The translations under genes and the position numbers were made by a program. This document shows, one piece after another, positions 28,776 through 32,000 of a stretch of 32,000 nt of DNA; the first letter of the stretch is position 1; every line of letters begins with the position of its first letter. Source of the stretch: Nostoc punctiforme PCC 73102 (lineage in GTDB: Bacteria > Cyanobacteriota > Cyanobacteriia > Cyanobacteriales > Nostocaceae). The notes under the pieces were generated by a model. The model was not told the origin of the DNA. It worked only from the letters and a program-made list of their open reading frames with translations, and ran no database searches. The DNA lies in NCBI RefSeq assembly GCF_000020025.1, contig NC_010628.1:810001-842000 (forward strand), read 5' to 3'.

Positions 28776-29681
28776 ATGCTTTACGATAACCGCGCCGAAG
28801 TACGAAAGGTTTTAATTATTACCCTACTGCTCAACCTGTTTGTAATGGGATTGAAAGCACTTGTGGGCTACTGGACAGGTTCGTTGAGTTTGCTAGCTGA
28901 TGCCTTGCATAGTGTGACAGATAGCGCAAACAACGTTTTAGGATTAATTGCAAGTAAATTTTCTTCTCCACAACCCGATCGCGAACATCCCTATGGACAC
29001 AGCAAGTTTGAAGCTGTGGGGGCTTTAGGAATAGCCTCATTTTTAGGAATAGCTTGTTTTGAAATTCTGCAAGGAGCAATCGAACGAATTATCAAAGGTG
29101 GTGGTGAACCTGTGAAAATATCGCCACCGGAGTTGTGGTTATTACTAATTGTGCTGGGCGTGAATATTTTTGTGGCGTTTTACGAACGTGCTGTGGGTAA
29201 GCGGGTAGGTAGCTCAATCCTCATAGCTGACGCTACACATACCATGAGTGATATTTGGGTGACAATCTCTGTAATTGGCGGCTTGATCGGAGTTTGGCTA
29301 GGTTATCAATGGATGGATTTGGTGTTAGCCTTTCCTGTCGCCTTGTTGGTATTTTGGAGTGGCTGGTCAGTTTTAAAAGAGAATTTGCCTTGGCTTGTGG
29401 ATCAAATGGCGATCGCACCAGAAGCAATTCATGCGATCGCTACTTCTGCTCCAGGTGTAATTAACTGTCATGATATTGCTTCTCGCGGTGTTCTTGGTCG
29501 TCAGGTATTCATTGAAATGCACTTAATCGTAGATGCACCAGACGTAGAAACCGCTCACCACATCACCGAAGAAGTAGAAAGCCGATTAGAAGAGAGGTTC
29601 CGTCCAGTGAGGATTTTAATTCATGTTGAGCCACCAGCATATAAGTCTGAGCAAATTAGCTTTGAAACTGGAGCAAAGTAG
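28776..29681 (+). CDS. Cation diffusion facilitator (CDF) family divalent metal efflux transporter
   Basis: 301 aa ORF with six hydrophobic segments, metal-site motifs (HSVTDSANN in TM2, HTMSDIWV in TM5) and a C-terminal cytoplasmic domain (VFIEMHLIVD...HVEP). Confidence 0.85.
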   Translation: MLYDNRAEVRKVLIITLLLNLFVMGLKALVGYWTGSLSLLADALHSVTDSANNVLGLIASKFSSPQPDREHPYGHSKFEAVGALGIASFLGIACFEILQGAIERIIKGGGEPVKISPPELWLLLIVLGVNIFVAFYERAVGKRVGSSILIADATHTMSDIWVTISVIGGLIGVWLGYQWMDLVLAFPVALLVFWSGWSVLKENLPWLVDQMAIAPEAIHAIATSAPGVINCHDIASRGVLGRQVFIEMHLIVDAPDVETAHHITEEVESRLEERFRPVRILIHVEPPAYKSEQISFETGAK

Positions 29682-29743
29682 TCTCAGCAATTCCAAATCA
29701 CACTCTGTTCATTTAATGACCCACAAATGACTGCATCTTTGCG

Positions 29744-30148
29744 TTAATTCTTATAAGAAGCAACCAGATCAGCAACGATCGCAACTAGTTCTCCTGGATC
29801 GACTGGTTTAGGAACGTGAGTCTGAAAGCCTGCTTCCAGCGCACGGCTACGATACTCGCTATCACCATAAGCAGTTAAAGCGATCGCAGGGAGTTTTTCC
29901 CAAATATCAGGCTTCAGCGCCCGGATCTTGCGAATAAGGGTGTAGCCATCTTCACCAGGCATAGCAATATCACAAATTAAGACATCTGGCTGCAACTCAG
30001 GTAGTACTTTCAATGCTACCGCCGCCGATGGAACTGCCATAACGGTGCCTCCATCAGCTTCTAACACGGTAGTAATGTAAAAGCGGCTATCGTCATCATC
30101 ATCAACTACGAGGATGTTTAAGCCAGCAAGGGGGAGAGGAGGTTCCAT
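29744..30148 (-). CDS. Single-domain CheY-like response regulator receiver protein
   Basis: The track ORF starts at GTG 30217. I prefer ATG 30148 (MEPPLPLAGLNILVVDDDDD...). Receiver residues are the DD pair, the phospho-acceptor context LICDIAMPGEDG, T in ALTAY and K in HVPKP. Confidence 0.85.
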   Translation of the reverse strand: MEPPLPLAGLNILVVDDDDDSRFYITTVLEADGGTVMAVPSAAVALKVLPELQPDVLICDIAMPGEDGYTLIRKIRALKPDIWEKLPAIALTAYGDSEYRSRALEAGFQTHVPKPVDPGELVAIVADLVASYKN

Positions 30149-30570
30149 AACATCTCCATAAATGTTTATCAAATGAAAGTTATTTCTAATGAGCTGCTGG
30201 TTTTTGTCTTTTACCACACCCTTGGTAATTTTACTGCGATCGCGCCTATTTTCCTAGACAATAATTCAATTTTTCTAGCCACCATCTAATTGATGGTTAA
30301 TTATTCGCTGGAATTTATAATTCTTGACTGGATAAAATTATATTTGTGTTTAAATTCATTTTCACAAATAATTGTTTTACAAAATTATTTGGATAATCGC
30401 TGCCTATTTTATTACAAAAAACTTGCGATTTTGCTGGGACTTTTCAATTTAGCAATTATGACATTTTTAACATCTAATTTGTATAAATTAAATCAAGCTC
30501 TTATAGGGGGTCATCTTGCCCGCCATAACTATTTAAGTTAAATGTAGAGTAGCTTACCAAAGCTATAGCC

Positions 30571-30620
30571 AAAAAAAATAGACAATGCCAAAACTCAAAA
30601 CCAGTCAGCTCGGCATTGCC
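30571..30620 (-). terminator. Rho-independent terminator candidate for guaA
   Basis: On the minus strand, ggcaatgcc ... ggcattgtc forms a 9-bp stem with one G-U pair. It is followed by TA and a run of eight T (the A-run at 30571-30578 on the plus strand). It lies about 90 nt after the guaA stop. Confidence 0.55.
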
Positions 30621-30708
30621 ATTTAAAATATGTGAATCTAAATTACTGCAAAGAACATGAATAATCGGAAAGAGGATGAGCTATTAGTTAACTCAACTCA
30701 AAACTTAA

Positions 30709-32000
30709 TTACTCCCATTCAATGGTTCCAGGCGGCTTAGAGGTGATGTCATAAACCACCCGATTCACCCCTTTCACTTCATTTACAATCCGCGTGGAAA
30801 TCACTTCCAGGACATCGTAAGGCACTCTCGCCCAATCAGCAGTCATGCCATCTTCACTGGTAACAATTCGCAAGACAATGGGGTAAGCGTAAGTACGTTG
30901 ATCGCCCATAACGCCAACACTACGGATTGGCAGCAATACAGCAAATGCTTGCCAGAAATCATGATACATACCGCGTTGGTTAATTTCTTGCCGCACAATC
31001 AAATCAGCATCGCGCAAAATATTTAACCGCTCAGATGTAACTTCCCCCAAAATGCGAATTGCCAAACCAGGCCCAGGAAAAGGTTGTCGTTGGACAATTT
31101 CTTCTGGTAAACCAATGGAACGCCCAACTTTGCGGACTTCATCTTTAAATAATTTCCGCAGTGGTTCCACCAATTTAAATCTTAGGTCTTTGGGTAAACC
31201 GCCAACATTATGATGGCTCTTAATTTTCACCGCTACCCGCTCACCAGTTTGAGGATCGGCGTTGGTGTCAGCAGATTCGATGACATCTGGATAAAGAGTG
31301 CCTTGAGCTAGATAGTCAAAATGACCAAGGCGCTTGGATGTTTCCTCAAATACATTGATAAATTCGTGTCCGATGCGGCGGCGTTTTTCTTCAGGATCCG
31401 TAACACCAGCAACCTTAGCTAAAAAGCGATCGCGGGCATTCACATACTCTACAGGAATGTGAAACTGCTCTTGGAACAGCTTTACTAATCGCTCTGGCTC
31501 ATACTTTCGCATAAAGCCTTGATCGATAAACACACAAGTTAGTTGCTCGCCAATGGCTTTATACAGTAAGAACGCCAGGGTAGAAGAATCAACTCCCCCA
31601 GATAGTGCCAAAAGCACTCGCTTCTCGCCAACTCTGGTGCGAATTTCCCGAATTGCCTCTTCAACAAAAGCCGCAGTTGTCCAAGTGGGTTCGCAATCGC
31701 AGATATGGTAGACAAAATTACGAATTAATGCTATGCCACCAATAGAATGCACCACCTCTGGATGGAATTGAACGCCGTAAAGTTTCCTTTCGTGGTCAGC
31801 GATCGCAGCACAGGGGGTATTTTCTGTATGTGCCAGCAATTCAAACCCTGATGGCATTTGGGTAACTGAGTCTCCGTGACTCATCCACATCGTGGTACCA
31901 TCTTCAACATTAGTGAGCAAATCTGTGGGATCGTCAATATATAATGAGGCTTTGCCGTACTCACCTCGGTCAGCCTTTGCAACTTCGCCACCGAGTTGGT
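30709..32000 (-). CDS. guaA: GMP synthase (glutamine-hydrolysing), C-terminal ~430 codons; the 5' end lies beyond the right window edge
   Basis: It has the PP-loop [10 protein letters not shown] and the signature C-terminus [10 protein letters not shown]. The frame stays open upstream of the track start (TTG at 31920): 31921-31998 reads [27 protein letters not shown], which is typical of the GATase domain. Confidence 0.95.
   Translation of the reverse strand, partial: QLGGEVAKADRGEYGKASLYIDDPTDLLTNVEDGTTMWMSHGDSVTQMPSGFELLAHTENTPCAAIADHERKLYGVQFHPEVVHSIGGIALIRNFVYHICDCEPTWTTAAFVEEAIREIRTRVGEKRVLLALSGGVDSSTLAFLLYKAIGEQLTCVFIDQGFMRKYEPERLVKLFQEQFHIPVEYVNARDRFLAKVAGVTDPEEKRRRIGHEFINVFEETSKRLGHFDYLAQGTLYPDVIESADTNADPQTGERVAVKIKSHHNVGGLPKDLRFKLVEPLRKLFKDEVRKVGRSIGLPEEIVQRQPFPGPGLAIRILGEVTSERLNILRDADLIVRQEINQRGMYHDFWQAFAVLLPIRSVGVMGDQRTYAYPIVLRIVTSEDGMTADWARVPYDVLEVISTRIVNEVKGVNRVVYDITSKPPGTIEWE

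Noticed and set aside
30290-30541. 83-aa ORF in the AT-rich spacer upstream of the response regulator
   Set aside because: It is extremely AT-rich with an Ile/Leu/Asn/Tyr-biased translation, a TTG start and no SD. It lies in a probable promoter and terminator region between the response regulator and guaA. I cannot fully exclude a small membrane protein.

Overview
This window looks like chromosomal DNA from a filamentous, probably heterocyst-forming cyanobacterium (Nostocales-like). The basis is about 30 HIP1 octamers (GCGATCGC) counted by eye, heptameric STRR-type tandem repeats (CCCCAGT / TTGGTCA style) filling several intergenic regions, and a HetZ-related gene. No database search was possible, so every product call rests on motifs I could read in the translations.

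Content by region:
- 1-11073: twelve co-directional minus-strand genes, tightly packed with three ATGA stop/start overlaps. They form a pseudaminic-acid-type nonulosonic acid island: pseB, pseC, an SpsF-type cytidylyltransferase, pseG, a SAM methyltransferase, a WbqC-like protein, pseI and a GNAT. A second module follows: another SpsF-type cytidylyltransferase, a Gfo/Idh/MocA oxidoreductase, a DegT aminotransferase, and an unknown protein that runs off the left edge. This is my best candidate for new biology.
- 11133-11567: a small membrane-anchored TPR protein, preceded by about 900 bp of non-coding DNA.
- 12799-16122: a two-gene signalling operon. The first protein is a double zinc ribbon, a degenerate kinase-like region and PP2C. 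The second is FHA, a zinc-ribbon-like linker and an active Ser/Thr kinase.
- 16411-22513: an amino-acid-binding lipoprotein, a class I/II aminotransferase, larC, a YrdC/TsaC-type gene and a HetZ-related protein.
- 22913-24218: an AT-rich, HIP1-free insert with a small PD-(D/E)XK nuclease candidate convergent with, and 29 bp overlapping, a Dam-family N6-adenine methyltransferase. This is a putative compact type II R-M system.
- 24384-32000: ycf33-like, rbfA, about 1.7 kb of mostly non-coding DNA with dispersed repeats and an orphan terminator, a conserved hypothetical, a visibly GC-rich SDR gene, a CDF transporter, a CheY-like receiver, and guaA truncated at the right edge.

I recognised no rRNA, tRNA, CRISPR array, transposase or integrase.
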